DNA of 64,000 nt from Candidatus Saccharimonadota bacterium (GTDB lineage Bacteria > Patescibacteriota > Saccharimonadia > Saccharimonadales > HK-STAS-PATE-42), in assembly GCA_036826375.1 (NCBI GenBank), contig DAISWL010000001.1:40201-104200 (forward strand), written 5' to 3'. Positions within the stretch are counted from its first letter, which is position 1, and every line of letters starts with the position of its first letter. The notes under the pieces are model-generated. The model was not told where the DNA came from, did no database searches, and saw nothing but the letters and a program-made list of their open reading frames with translations. Positions 27,846-36,765 of this stretch are shown here, piece after piece. The position numbers and the translations under genes were made by a program.

Positions 27846-29567
27846 TTACACCTCCCCAAACTTAATCAACTTACTACCCTGCTCGCTTCTAAGCTTAATC
27901 TCAACGGAACCAGATTCCAAAGTTTTAGGGCTAACAACTAATCGGATTGGGCATCCAATTAAATCGGCGTCAGCGAACTTCTCGCCAGGGCGAACGTTTA
28001 AGCGGTCATCCCACAGAACCTCATCCCCACGTTGAACAAGTTTTTTGTACAGTTCTTCTGACTTTTTGTAAGATTCGTCATCTTCACTGCGAGCAATACT
28101 AACAATATGGTACTTATAAGGTGCTACTGATTCTGGCCAAGCTACGCCATTTTCATCACCAAAAACTTCAGCCAGAACTCCCATCACCCTACTTGAACCA
28201 ATCCCATAACATCCCATATAAACTGGCTGCTCGGTTCCATCTTCACCAGTTATCTTAAAGTTGAAGGCATCGCTAAACTTAGTTTGCAGTGGGAAGATGT
28301 TCCCAATCTCGCAAGCCTTAAAAGTTTTATAAACTTCACCAGTTTCTGGGTGGATGTCCCCTTCTTTAGCCACTTTGATATCGTGGAACAATTCTGGTAC
28401 TTGAACATCCCTGCCCCAATTAACATTTTTGTAGTGCACCCCAGCTTTATTGCCGCCCATCTCAAAGTTATTTAAGTTTTGGCAAGATTCATCCACCACA
28501 ACCCTAACTTCAGGATTTAAGTTTAGTAAGCCAGCGTATCCGATTGTAGATCCGGTCATCTTTTTGACCACTTCTTCACTAGCCAACTTAAGTTTAGCTA
28601 AACTGATTCCTAAAACTTTAGCTAATTTTCCTTCATCCATCTCACGATCTCCACGAACTACCGCTGCAACCATTTGATCTTCTTCAGAGCTGCTGTTTTG
28701 AAAGAACAGAGTTTTGGTAGTTTGTTTAGGATCTATTCCCATTTGGACAGAAAGAGCCTCCACGCCAATTACACCATCGCCCGCAATCTCCTCTAAACTT
28801 AATTGCTCGGTTGGTTGGCTAAATTCTGGTGCCTTAGCCGGAGCAACCTCTCGGTTAAAACATTCACCTGTTGAAGGAACTTCAAAGATTAAATCTTCCC
28901 CAGCATCACATTTAGTTTGAAACTCGTGGGAAAAATCTTCAGTGAAATCGCCTCCACTTGCAGCCGCAATTATAGTTTGCTCACTTAAGCTTAGTTTATC
29001 GAAAACCGCCCAATAGGCTTGCTTAGATTTCTCATAATAATCTTTAAAATCATCTTGGCTTAAATGGAAGCTGTATAAATCTTTCATTCGGAATTCTCGC
29101 CCACGCAAGATGCCCGATTTAGCCCGTGGTTCATTGCGGAATTTAGTTTGGATGTGATAAACCGCCAGAGGGAAATCTTTATAGCTAGTTACTAAATCGC
29201 GGACTAGTGGAGTTACAACATCTTCATTGGTTGGGTTCATAACATATTCTGCGTTGTGCCGATCGGCACTATTCTCGTTAGCTGGAACTGCTTTTAAAAG
29301 TACATCCACCGTATCGTAACGGCCAGATTGCTTCCAATTTTCAACGGGAGAAAGGTTGGTCATTAAAAGTTCATCGCCAATTTTATCCATCTCTTCGCGA
29401 ATAATGTTTTCTATTTTAGATAGAACTCTTTTGCCTAGCGGTAGAAAGGTGTAGGCACCCGCCATTAGCTGATCTATAAACCCAGCCCTGATTAGTAAGG
29501 TTGCATTTTTGCTGGCTAATTCTTTGCTCCCTTTTCTGGTTTTTCCAAACAGTTTTGAATATCTCAT
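27846..29567 (-). CDS. proS: proline--tRNA ligase
   Basis: Class II motifs (FRNE.RAKSGILRGREF) with ProRS architecture. Confidence 0.95.
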   Translation of the reverse strand: MRYSKLFGKTRKGSKELASKNATLLIRAGFIDQLMAGAYTFLPLGKRVLSKIENIIREEMDKIGDELLMTNLSPVENWKQSGRYDTVDVLLKAVPANENSADRHNAEYVMNPTNEDVVTPLVRDLVTSYKDFPLAVYHIQTKFRNEPRAKSGILRGREFRMKDLYSFHLSQDDFKDYYEKSKQAYWAVFDKLSLSEQTIIAAASGGDFTEDFSHEFQTKCDAGEDLIFEVPSTGECFNREVAPAKAPEFSQPTEQLSLEEIAGDGVIGVEALSVQMGIDPKQTTKTLFFQNSSSEEDQMVAAVVRGDREMDEGKLAKVLGISLAKLKLASEEVVKKMTGSTIGYAGLLNLNPEVRVVVDESCQNLNNFEMGGNKAGVHYKNVNWGRDVQVPELFHDIKVAKEGDIHPETGEVYKTFKACEIGNIFPLQTKFSDAFNFKITGEDGTEQPVYMGCYGIGSSRVMGVLAEVFGDENGVAWPESVAPYKYHIVSIARSEDDESYKKSEELYKKLVQRGDEVLWDDRLNVRPGEKFADADLIGCPIRLVVSPKTLESGSVEIKLRSEQGSKLIKFGEV

Positions 29568-29658
29568 TTCGGTCTCCTTTTTTAAATCTTAAAAGATTAT
29601 TAAACTTAAACTTATTATAGCGTAGATACTGTACTTTTAGGGGATAAAAACTAGTTTT

Positions 29659-29822
29659 ACTCGACTTACGCAAAAATTGTAATTCTTCAGGTTTTGGTTC
29701 GGATGAGGAAAAAAGTAGTTTTATCTGAAAGAGGTGAAGCCGTAGCTTCATAGAAAGAAGAAAAACTAGTTTTTACCGGCCGAGCGGAGGCTGGGGGTTG
29801 GAAGTTTTTGCGTAAGTCGAGT
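29659..29822. repeat. 164-bp element bounded by perfect 18-bp inverted repeats (MITE-like or structured RNA)
   Basis: ACTCGACTTACGCAAAAA at 29659-29676 pairs with TTTTTGCGTAAGTCGAGT at 29805-29822. Internal sub-hairpins include GAAGC-cgta-GCTTC. It contains a G-rich gcggaggctggggg motif. Confidence 0.7.
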
Positions 29823-29845
29823 TTACCTATCCAAAAATAGAATCA

Positions 29846-30580
29846 TTAACCAATTGTAGTCCCCGCTTTAGATTCTAAGACCAACTCCAACGGCTCACCA
29901 GCATGAGCAACGTAAGATTTAGATTCAGCACGATGTGATGCAAAATCTCTAGCGGCCTTAAGTTTAGTTACCATACCGCCTCCGCGATCAGATTTGCCTG
30001 CGTGAGGGCTCAATTCATCTAGCTTATCCAAACTAAGTTTAGATTGAATTCTTCCATCAACCATAAACCCATCTGCATCTGTGTATAAAACTAGGTGCTT
30101 AGCGCCCAAAAGTTTCGCAATCTCAGCCGCCAAGCCATCATTGTCGCCACCATATATTAGCTTCTTAAGCTCTTCATCACTAAGTGCATCATTCTCGTTG
30201 ATAATTGGCACTACACCTAAGTTTAAGCTGTTGTTTAGAACACTTAAAAGTCGAGCTCGTTCGGTATCAATCCCCAATTCTCGATGTGTAACCAGAACCT
30301 GCGAAGAAGTAACGCTAAACTCACTAAAAGATTGTTGCCAAATTCTAGCCAGAGCAGGATTCCCAATTGTTGCTAGAACTGCAGGATCTTTAATTTCGGG
30401 AGCCAAAAGTTTACCGCAAAAAACCGCACCAGAAGCAACCACTACTAACCTGTCTGAATATTTAGCAAGATTCTTAGAAAAACGCTGGATGTTACTCTCA
30501 AGGTTATCTAAACTGTTATCTTCGCCAGTCAAAGCCCTGGAGCCAAACTTAACAATAATTAAATCACTCATCTTATACAT
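29846..30580 (-). CDS. proB: glutamate 5-kinase (no PUA domain)
   Basis: IVKFGSRALT, VVASGAV, PIINENDA, GGDNDGLAA and GGGMVTKLKAA motifs. Confidence 0.85.
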   Translation of the reverse strand: MYKMSDLIIVKFGSRALTGEDNSLDNLESNIQRFSKNLAKYSDRLVVVASGAVFCGKLLAPEIKDPAVLATIGNPALARIWQQSFSEFSVTSSQVLVTHRELGIDTERARLLSVLNNSLNLGVVPIINENDALSDEELKKLIYGGDNDGLAAEIAKLLGAKHLVLYTDADGFMVDGRIQSKLSLDKLDELSPHAGKSDRGGGMVTKLKAARDFASHRAESKSYVAHAGEPLELVLESKAGTTIG

Positions 30581-30597
30581 AATAATATTTTTCTCCT

Positions 30598-30632
30598 TAA
30601 AATCAAAAACCCCTCGCTTTTTGTTGGCGAGG
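30598..30632 (-). terminator. rho-independent terminator abutting the proB Shine-Dalgarno
   Basis: The minus strand reads CCTCGC-caacaaaaa-GCGAGG-GGTTTTTGATTTT, followed immediately by AAGGAG. Confidence 0.65.
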
Positions 30633-30776
30633 AGCGTATTTTTACTTAAACTTAAATTCTATTAAACAGCAAAATTTACACCCCTGAGGGTGGCATCGGC
30701 GAGAAAATTAGGAACTGATTTTTGAATTTCTTCATATCAACCTTAAGTTTAGCCTGTTTGACAGAATATATCAAAT

Positions 30777-31613
30777 TTATTTTAAAAACAAAATATAAAA
30801 AGCGATGGAATTTTTAACAAAGTGCATCGCCATTGATGAATAAAGCGAACCAGTTTTTTCAACCGCAAGAGCCATAAACATCCCTAAAATAAAAGTATCT
30901 ATCCCTACGTTGATTTGCCCGTGGTAAGTTGCAAACAACAAAGAGCTACAAATTGCAGCTGGCCAAAATCCAACCAAACGCCTTAAGTTTAAAAAGCCCA
31001 GCCCTCGGAAGATGAACTCTTCGATCACCGCAGGCACAATCACGATCACGATAAAGATCTGTATTAAGCCAAGTGCGTTTTGCTGTTTAGTAAACCCAAC
31101 TTCTTGAGCTTGTTGTAAAACATCTTGAGGAATTAAATTTAACCTTGTAGCTATTAGAATTATCGATCCGGTTAAGATTAAATAGCCTGTATATATCACA
31201 ATAACTTTAACCCATTGCTTAAAATTGAGATTTTTAAATGGGAGAATTTTGTTCTTAGGCCAAGCGTAAACATTAATTAAAAAGTTAACCATGTAGATGG
31301 TTAGTGGAACGCTTGATACGTAAAGAATGAATCTGATAACTGATTCTGGAACTGATAACGCCAACATTGTTACGCCCAAAAACTTTAAAAAGAACGGGAG
31401 AAAAACGCTCATAATTAAAACTGGAGCCAGTATCGCGCTCAAAAAACTGATTACTTTTTTGACATCTTGCCTGTCGAAAAATGCCTTAAGCTTAAGCGCT
31501 TTTTCTACTGGTGGAATGATTTTAGCCAAGCTCTTTTGTAGATCGTCTAGAGATGAATTCTGAGTCGACTGTCTGACTTTGACTTTTAGCTTTTCCGGCT
31601 TTTTGCTGTTCAT
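30777..31613 (-). CDS. CPBP family intramembrane glutamic endopeptidase (CAAX protease-like)
   Basis: EEFIFRG and the later H...H motifs in a polytopic membrane protein. Confidence 0.8.
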   Translation of the reverse strand: MNSKKPEKLKVKVRQSTQNSSLDDLQKSLAKIIPPVEKALKLKAFFDRQDVKKVISFLSAILAPVLIMSVFLPFFLKFLGVTMLALSVPESVIRFILYVSSVPLTIYMVNFLINVYAWPKNKILPFKNLNFKQWVKVIVIYTGYLILTGSIILIATRLNLIPQDVLQQAQEVGFTKQQNALGLIQIFIVIVIVPAVIEEFIFRGLGFLNLRRLVGFWPAAICSSLLFATYHGQINVGIDTFILGMFMALAVEKTGSLYSSMAMHFVKNSIAFYILFLK

Positions 31614-31633
31614 CTTATTTAAATTGTAAGAGT

Positions 31634-32749
31634 TTATCTGCCTATTATTCTCTGAACATCAAAGAATGATATAAATAATATCAAGCCAATAAGTACCAGC
31701 ATACCCCAGCCGTGGATTCTCTCTTCGATTTCTTTAGTCAGTTTTTTCTTCAATACATAAACGTAGAATAATGTTAAGAATAAGCGACCACCATCAAGCG
31801 CCGGGATCGGCAAAATGTTCATAATGCCTAAACTTAAAGATATCAAAGCAATTAGTAGAATTAAGTTATTGATACCCTGGTTAGATGAGCTGACGATTGC
31901 ATCAACAGTGGCAACTGGCCCGCCAACAGAGCTTTTCGCCTCTTGAGTATTGCCTTTGAATAAGTTTGAAAAAGTATATCCTAAACCTTTAAAAGTAAGC
32001 TCACTATACTGGTACATTACTCCTCCGGCTACAATTGGTGCGCTCCAGGTATAACGAGAGATCTGAGAGACTCCCGGCACAACCCCGATAGCGCCTTGGG
32101 CTTGAGCTTTTTCGCTACTGTTAAGTTTAAATTTCTTTTCTTCCACTTTTCCTTGGTGTCTAACTTTGATAGAAATTTCCTTATCGATATTTTTTTCTCC
32201 AGCGTTTCTGACATCTTCAACACTACGCATTGGCTGACCGTTAATTTCTAATATGTCATCTAGGGCTTTTATGCCAGCATTCTCGGCGGGAGAATCTTTA
32301 GTTACAAACTGCACCTTAACTACGCTTTTAGTGACGTACTCATCAGATTTAACCGTATACTGCTCTTTATTGTAAAATGGGAGATCTTGCAAGTTAAGCT
32401 TAGGCAAACCGAAAACAGCTAAAGCCAGAAGTAGCAAGTAGGCTGTAATTAAGTTCATTAAAACTCCAGCTACTACAATTTTAAGCTTATTCTTCATTGA
32501 TGCTGCCCCATAACTACCCTTTTCAGTAGCGTCATCATGTTCGCCTTTAAGCCTAACAAAACCACCTAGTGGTAGCCAGTTCAGGGTATACTCTGTCCCA
32601 TTTTTTTTAGTGATTGTTTTAGCTTTTGGAGGAAAACCGATCCCGAACTCTTCTACCTCAACACCGTTTCTTTTAGCCGCAACAAAATGGCCAAACTCAT
32701 GAACCACAATTAATAATATGAATAGAACAATTCCTAAAAATATCAACAT
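31634..32749 (-). CDS. rseP: RIP metalloprotease RseP (site-2 protease, M50)
   Basis: HEFGH in TM1, a PDZ-like middle region and the LDGG motif. Confidence 0.9.
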   Translation of the reverse strand: MLIFLGIVLFILLIVVHEFGHFVAAKRNGVEVEEFGIGFPPKAKTITKKNGTEYTLNWLPLGGFVRLKGEHDDATEKGSYGAASMKNKLKIVVAGVLMNLITAYLLLLALAVFGLPKLNLQDLPFYNKEQYTVKSDEYVTKSVVKVQFVTKDSPAENAGIKALDDILEINGQPMRSVEDVRNAGEKNIDKEISIKVRHQGKVEEKKFKLNSSEKAQAQGAIGVVPGVSQISRYTWSAPIVAGGVMYQYSELTFKGLGYTFSNLFKGNTQEAKSSVGGPVATVDAIVSSSNQGINNLILLIALISLSLGIMNILPIPALDGGRLFLTLFYVYVLKKKLTKEIEERIHGWGMLVLIGLILFISFFDVQRIIGR

Positions 32750-32851
32750 AATGAATTAAGTTTAGCATAAATATACTATTACTTGCTATAAATTGATTTT
32801 GGAACCCCAAATTTATCATTCTGAATAGCCAGCTCACCTCTTCTATCAAGG

Positions 32852-33075
32852 GATCCTGAATCAAGTTCAGGATGACGCCCACCACCAGGTCATCCTGAAC
32901 TTGATTCAGGATCCCCCAAGAGAAGCCACTGCCCGTCATCCTGAACTTGATTCAGGATCCCCCAAGAGAAGCCACTGCCCGTCATCCTGAACTTGATTCA
33001 GGATCCCCCAAGAGAAACACACTGTCGTCATCCTGAACCGCCAGCTGGCGGTTGATTCAGGATCCCCCAAGAGAA
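32852..33075. repeat. REP-like hairpin array: one inverted plus four direct copies of a 25-nt palindromic unit (46-bp period)
   Basis: GTCATCCTGAACTTGATTCAGGATC units start at 32889, 32935, 32981 and 33027, with an inverted copy at 32852-32876. The fourth unit carries a nested palindrome CCGCCAGCTGGCGG (33038-33051) in its loop. Confidence 0.9.
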
Positions 33076-33102
33076 ACAGATCGAACTTAAGCTTAACCAA
33101 AT

Positions 33103-33132
33103 AAAAACCACCCATTTTACTGAGTGGTTTTT
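33103..33132. terminator. bidirectional AT-rich hairpin terminator
   Basis: AAAAACCAC-ccattttactga-GTGGTTTTT is flanked by A/T runs on both strands. Confidence 0.55.
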
Positions 33133-33447
33133 ATTAAAAATATGCGTATGTTTTTAATTATTTTTAATCAAAATATCTGATTTTAGCATTTAACTTATTT
33201 AAAATCGATTTATAGTTTAGTTATAAATGTTTGATTTATAGTTTAGTTAGATATAGCTACTTTTAAAGTTTAATCGCATAAATTTAAATCAAGTGTCAAC
33301 TAGCTTGGTTTAAACTATTCAACAAAAGTTACTTTGATTTTAGTCATTTTTTTCTTCATTTGACTATTTACTACCCTTCTTTTTTATTAAAATTATTTTT
33401 TGTTTGTTGATTTTTTTGTTTTGAGCTCTTTCTCGATCAACAATACT

Positions 33448-33476
33448 ATTCTAGCATAAGCATTGTTTAATGTCAA
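33448..33476 (-). promoter_or_regulatory. orphan promoter TTGACA-N17-TGcTAGAAT pointing into an ORF-less AT-rich region
   Basis: The minus strand reads agTTGACAttaaacaatgcttatgcTAGAATagtattg. This is the same module as the promoters at 603-632 and 35947-35975. Confidence 0.55.
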
Positions 33477-33536
33477 CTATTTTATTTAAATTACTTATTA
33501 ATTAAGCTTAAGATGCTATAATCTACCCTAGTATTC

Positions 33537-34706
33537 ATGTATTTATATTTTTTAGGATCCAACCACCAGTTAAGCTTAGCCGAGCTAGAATCTTTGCTCG
33601 GCTATCGTAACGTAAGCTTTTTCGATGAATCTAGCGGCATTGTTGAATCGAACTCTAAACTTAATTTGAAGCGTCTTGGTGGCGTTATCAAGATAGCCGA
33701 AGTTATCACTAAACTTAATATTGAAGCCAATCTGGAAGATGAACTCCCCCGTTTAATCTCTAAACTTAATCCCAATCAACGTAATAAGTTGAATTTAGGA
33801 ATCAGCGTTTACGGCAAAAAGATGCCACCCCCCGCCATTAGTAAATTGGCTTTTAGCATTAAACATGCCATGAAACAAAACTTAAGTTTGAGGATCATCC
33901 CCAATAAGAATCAAGATTTAGGAAGCGCTCAGTTGGCTCATCTGAAATTAGGATCTGGTGGCTTAGAGCTAAACTTAATCTTTAAGAAAAGTAACGTCTA
34001 CGTTGCTAGTACACTAGAGAGCCAAAACCTGAAGAACTATACTTTGCGTGATTATGGCCGTCCTGCCCGAGATGCCCGCGTTGGGATGCTCCCCCCAAAG
34101 CTTGCCCAAATAATGCTAAACTTAAGCGTTAAAGATGAAAAAAGTGGAACCGTTCTTGACCCTTTTTGCGGAACTGGAGTTTTACTGCAAGAGGCCGCAT
34201 TAGCCGGTTTTGATTTTATCGGCTCAGATATTGAGCCCAGAATGGTTGAGATGACCCTCACCAACCTAGAGTTCATCAACTATAAGTTTAAGCTTGAGCT
34301 TAGCCCTCAGCAGTTGAAAGATAGAGTTTTAGTTGCCGATGCTACCTCTGGCAAATGGGCAAACCCAAATTTTGTAGTTAGCGAGGTTTTTTTAGGGAGG
34401 CCTCTAACTAAATTACCGGCTGGTGAAAATCTGAAAGAAATTATTGAAGATGTGAACACTATCACTAAAAAATTTTTGTTGAACTTGAAATCTCAAATCA
34501 AAAATGAGGCGAGAATATGCCTAGCTGTACCCGCTTGGAGAAATGGAAATAGATTTATTGACCTACCACTTATTGACCAGTTAGAAGTTTTAGGCTACAA
34601 TAGATTAAGTTTAAAGCTAGTTACAGATAGCGATCTGCTCTATTTTAGAAAAGATTCTATCGTTGCTAGAAGAATATTATTACTTAAGCTTAAGGAGAAT
34701 TATTAG
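33537..34706 (+). CDS. SAM-dependent RNA/DNA methyltransferase (Trm11/RlmL-like UPF0020 type)
   Basis: The DPFCGTGVLLQEAALAGFDFIGSDIEPRMV motif I region. Confidence 0.65.
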   Translation: MYLYFLGSNHQLSLAELESLLGYRNVSFFDESSGIVESNSKLNLKRLGGVIKIAEVITKLNIEANLEDELPRLISKLNPNQRNKLNLGISVYGKKMPPPAISKLAFSIKHAMKQNLSLRIIPNKNQDLGSAQLAHLKLGSGGLELNLIFKKSNVYVASTLESQNLKNYTLRDYGRPARDARVGMLPPKLAQIMLNLSVKDEKSGTVLDPFCGTGVLLQEAALAGFDFIGSDIEPRMVEMTLTNLEFINYKFKLELSPQQLKDRVLVADATSGKWANPNFVVSEVFLGRPLTKLPAGENLKEIIEDVNTITKKFLLNLKSQIKNEARICLAVPAWRNGNRFIDLPLIDQLEVLGYNRLSLKLVTDSDLLYFRKDSIVARRILLLKLKENY

Positions 34707-34982
34707 ATGAGTAAAGTTAAATCTGGTGGTAGTACTAAAAATAACAGAGATTCAGCCGGAAAACGTCTCGGTGTTAAAAAATTTGGAGGCCAAAAAGTAA
34801 CAACTGGTCAGATTATTGTACGTCAAGTTGGCGCCAACAAAGTTGCCGGCGAAGGTACTTTCATAAGCCGTAACTTCACTATTCACGCCGCCAAAGATGG
34901 CGTAATTAAGTTTAACAAAAACCGTAGATTCAAAAAATTCACTGGCAAAAGCGCACCTCGCACCGAAGTTACGGTTGTATAA
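34707..34982 (+). CDS. rpmA: 50S ribosomal protein L27
   Basis: KSGGSTKNNRDSAGKRLGVKKFGGQKV..GQIIVRQ.G is a typical L27 sequence. Confidence 0.95.
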   Translation: MSKVKSGGSTKNNRDSAGKRLGVKKFGGQKVTTGQIIVRQVGANKVAGEGTFISRNFTIHAAKDGVIKFNKNRRFKKFTGKSAPRTEVTVV

Positions 34983-35024
34983 TAGCAACTGATTTTTTCT
35001 ATCTGATATTAGCGTATATTAACA

Positions 35025-35897
35025 CTACCGGCTAGCTTCTTCTATTGCGGCCTGCAATTGTGCTAGTTTATGCTTATCGGCTTGGTATGATTCGTAATCG
35101 GGATGCTTCGTCATTCTCTGATAAATAGGCCCCCGCTCTCTTTGTAGTTCATTAGATATCCTTGCCTTGTGTTCATCTTTAGGGTCGTACTCATAATCGG
35201 CGCTCCAGTTATCTTCCATTTGGCGCTCGAGGCTAGCGATTTCTCTCTCTAGGTCGGCGATGAACAGATAGCCTGGATCGCTGGCAAATTTAGCCACTAG
35301 GTTTGTCGCCTCTTTGCGCATTGGCTCGATATCATCGGGGGGGGCAGCCTCAACTGCGCCTCTGACAGCGGCGGCAGCGGCGGCACGCATCCCCTCAGTT
35401 ATAGGCCTACGACGTTCTAGTTCAGGGCTAAGGCCTCTACTTCTTAATCTAGCGTCTTCTTTAGCATCAATCCTATCCCGTATCTCAAGCTGCATTTCCA
35501 TGAAAGGACCGAGTGAATAGATTTTAGTCAAAGTTACTCCCCCTTCACCGGAATTTAATGCCTGAACGGTAACCTTATCTGATTGGCCATCTGTACCACG
35601 CTCAGCATTCACTATCTGCCATCCTGCCTCAACTGTACGATCAGTACGAATAACTAGAGCTTCGTCACATAACCTAAGTCCCTGCGGCAAATTACCTTCA
35701 GAATCAATCCTCCACCGATTCCTGTCTTGCTTACTAACCACACCATTAATTTCTACTAACATGCTCTTTACTTCTTCGGGTTTAAACTCTATTAACTCAG
35801 GTTCGGTGAGTTTAGGTACCTTAGGTCCTTCTTCTACTCGTGCTTGAAGATCTAAAGGGACTTCGTTTATAAATTGTGGTGCTAATTGTTCTGCCAT
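35025..35897 (-). CDS. G+C-rich hypothetical protein (290 aa) containing a C8 homopolymer
   Basis: Long ORF with SD AAAGGAG and promoter TTGACA (35975..35970) N17 TAGTAT (35952..35947). Acidic, Ala/Arg-rich; no family recognised. Confidence 0.65.
   Translation of the reverse strand: MAEQLAPQFINEVPLDLQARVEEGPKVPKLTEPELIEFKPEEVKSMLVEINGVVSKQDRNRWRIDSEGNLPQGLRLCDEALVIRTDRTVEAGWQIVNAERGTDGQSDKVTVQALNSGEGGVTLTKIYSLGPFMEMQLEIRDRIDAKEDARLRSRGLSPELERRRPITEGMRAAAAAAVRGAVEAAPPDDIEPMRKEATNLVAKFASDPGYLFIADLEREIASLERQMEDNWSADYEYDPKDEHKARISNELQRERGPIYQRMTKHPDYESYQADKHKLAQLQAAIEEASR
35337..35344. repeat. G8 (plus) / C8 (coding strand) homopolymer inside the 35025-35897 ORF
   Basis: Read directly: atcatcGGGGGGGGcagcc, encoding ..EAAPPDD.. 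. Confidence 0.95.
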
Positions 35898-36098
35898 ACT
35901 TTTTTCTCCTTTGTGGATTTTTTATTATGTTTTTATTGTGTATACAATACTAGCATAAGCTCAATAAAATGTCAATATAAATTACGATTTAAACTACAAA
36001 TTACAATCATTATCCCCGAGAAACTTACTAGCTGATAATTATTAAGCTTAGCCTAGTAATTAAATCAAGGTGGCTGCCAGAGGTTAACCCGAAATGTA

Positions 36099-36203
36099 AA
36101 ACTTAAGCTTAATTGTCAATCATATAATCACGCTTTAGGTAAATAAAACTCCTCTTCCGGCGTCATACCCGGCGGGAACTTGGGCATGTACTTTTTTCTA
36201 TCA
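36099..36203. repeat. 105-bp direct repeat, copy 1
   Basis: 101/105 identical to 36766-36870. It begins at AAACTTAAGCTTAATTGTCAA. Confidence 0.9.
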
Positions 36204-36259
36204 GAGGCGTGCTTAGAGTTGAGATCTAATTATAAACTGCATTACACTTTATTTCGCCC

Positions 36260-36715
36260 CTAATTCATCTGTAACTGCCTGTCATTATGTTCTTTTGCCT
36301 CAGCAGCTCTTGCTGATAAGACCCTTTCGCGTAAATCTTCATCCGTAATTAAAACCCTAATAACTGCTTGTGGGTCTTGTAGATATCCATCTTTTTCTTT
36401 CTTCTTGTATGTGCTATAAGCACATAGCAAATCAGCCATTCGTTTGGTAAGGCCTTCCCTTTCCTGTTCTGGCGTAAGTTCCTCTCTAGCGCAATGGGGT
36501 GCTGATGATGACGTGTCCCCAAAGTTGGGCATTCCTAATATATCTAGAATTTCACCGCCATTTGTAGCGAATTCTTCTAATGTATAGTCTTCTGTTCTAT
36601 TAGATTCTGCTACTCCTGGTGGGTTTCCAATGGTGAATTTTTCATTCATAAAGAAAAAGAGGGGCTGGTCTATGGTTGTTTCTGGGCTCGGTTGTTTTTC
36701 GTTTGACATTATCAT
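36260..36715 (-). CDS. G+C-rich hypothetical protein (about 149-151 aa)
   Basis: ORF with SD AAGGAG and promoter TTGACA (36786..36781) N17 TATGAT (36763..36758). No family recognised. Confidence 0.6.
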   Translation of the reverse strand: MIMSNEKQPSPETTIDQPLFFFMNEKFTIGNPPGVAESNRTEDYTLEEFATNGGEILDILGMPNFGDTSSSAPHCAREELTPEQEREGLTKRMADLLCAYSTYKKKEKDGYLQDPQAVIRVLITDEDLRERVLSARAAEAKEHNDRQLQMN

Positions 36716-36765
36716 CTCCTTGTTAATACATGCTTTAATTCTTACTGTTACACAACAATCATAAC

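Noticed and set aside
28250-28920. Track ORFs antisense to or overlapping long conserved genes (for example 7537-7875, 7721-7960, 14286-14537, 17485-18009, 28250-28920, 30081-30665, 31327-31563, 45116-45840, 48333-48632, 52290-52714, 55093-55545, 62732-62941, 63294-63513)
   Set aside because: They lie entirely within well-supported genes on the opposite strand or in another frame, have low-complexity composition and no start signals. They are shadow ORFs.
29416-29751. Track ORFs 29416-29751(-), 32697-32939(-), 38393-38620(+), 43559-43843(+), 50620-50832(-), 51060-51257(-)
   Set aside because: They read through repeat elements, promoters or the opposite strand of better-supported features, and none has translation signals.
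29568-29845. T-box leader upstream of proS (and likewise upstream of glyQS at 45893-46035)
   Set aside because: There is no T-box consensus (..GGGTGGTACCGCG..) and no specifier-loop architecture. A TATAAT close to proS lies downstream of the inverted-repeat element.
32852-33075. Possible CRISPR array
   Set aside because: The units are 46 bp apart, and the 10-nt segments between the conserved parts are identical or nearly so. There are no unique spacers and no cas genes in the window, so this is a tandem REP-like array.
33090-33536. AT-rich 450-bp intergenic region with 17-bp direct repeats as a replication origin
   Set aside because: No DnaA-box-like TTATCCACA motifs and no dnaA/dnaN nearby. 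The repeats occur only twice.
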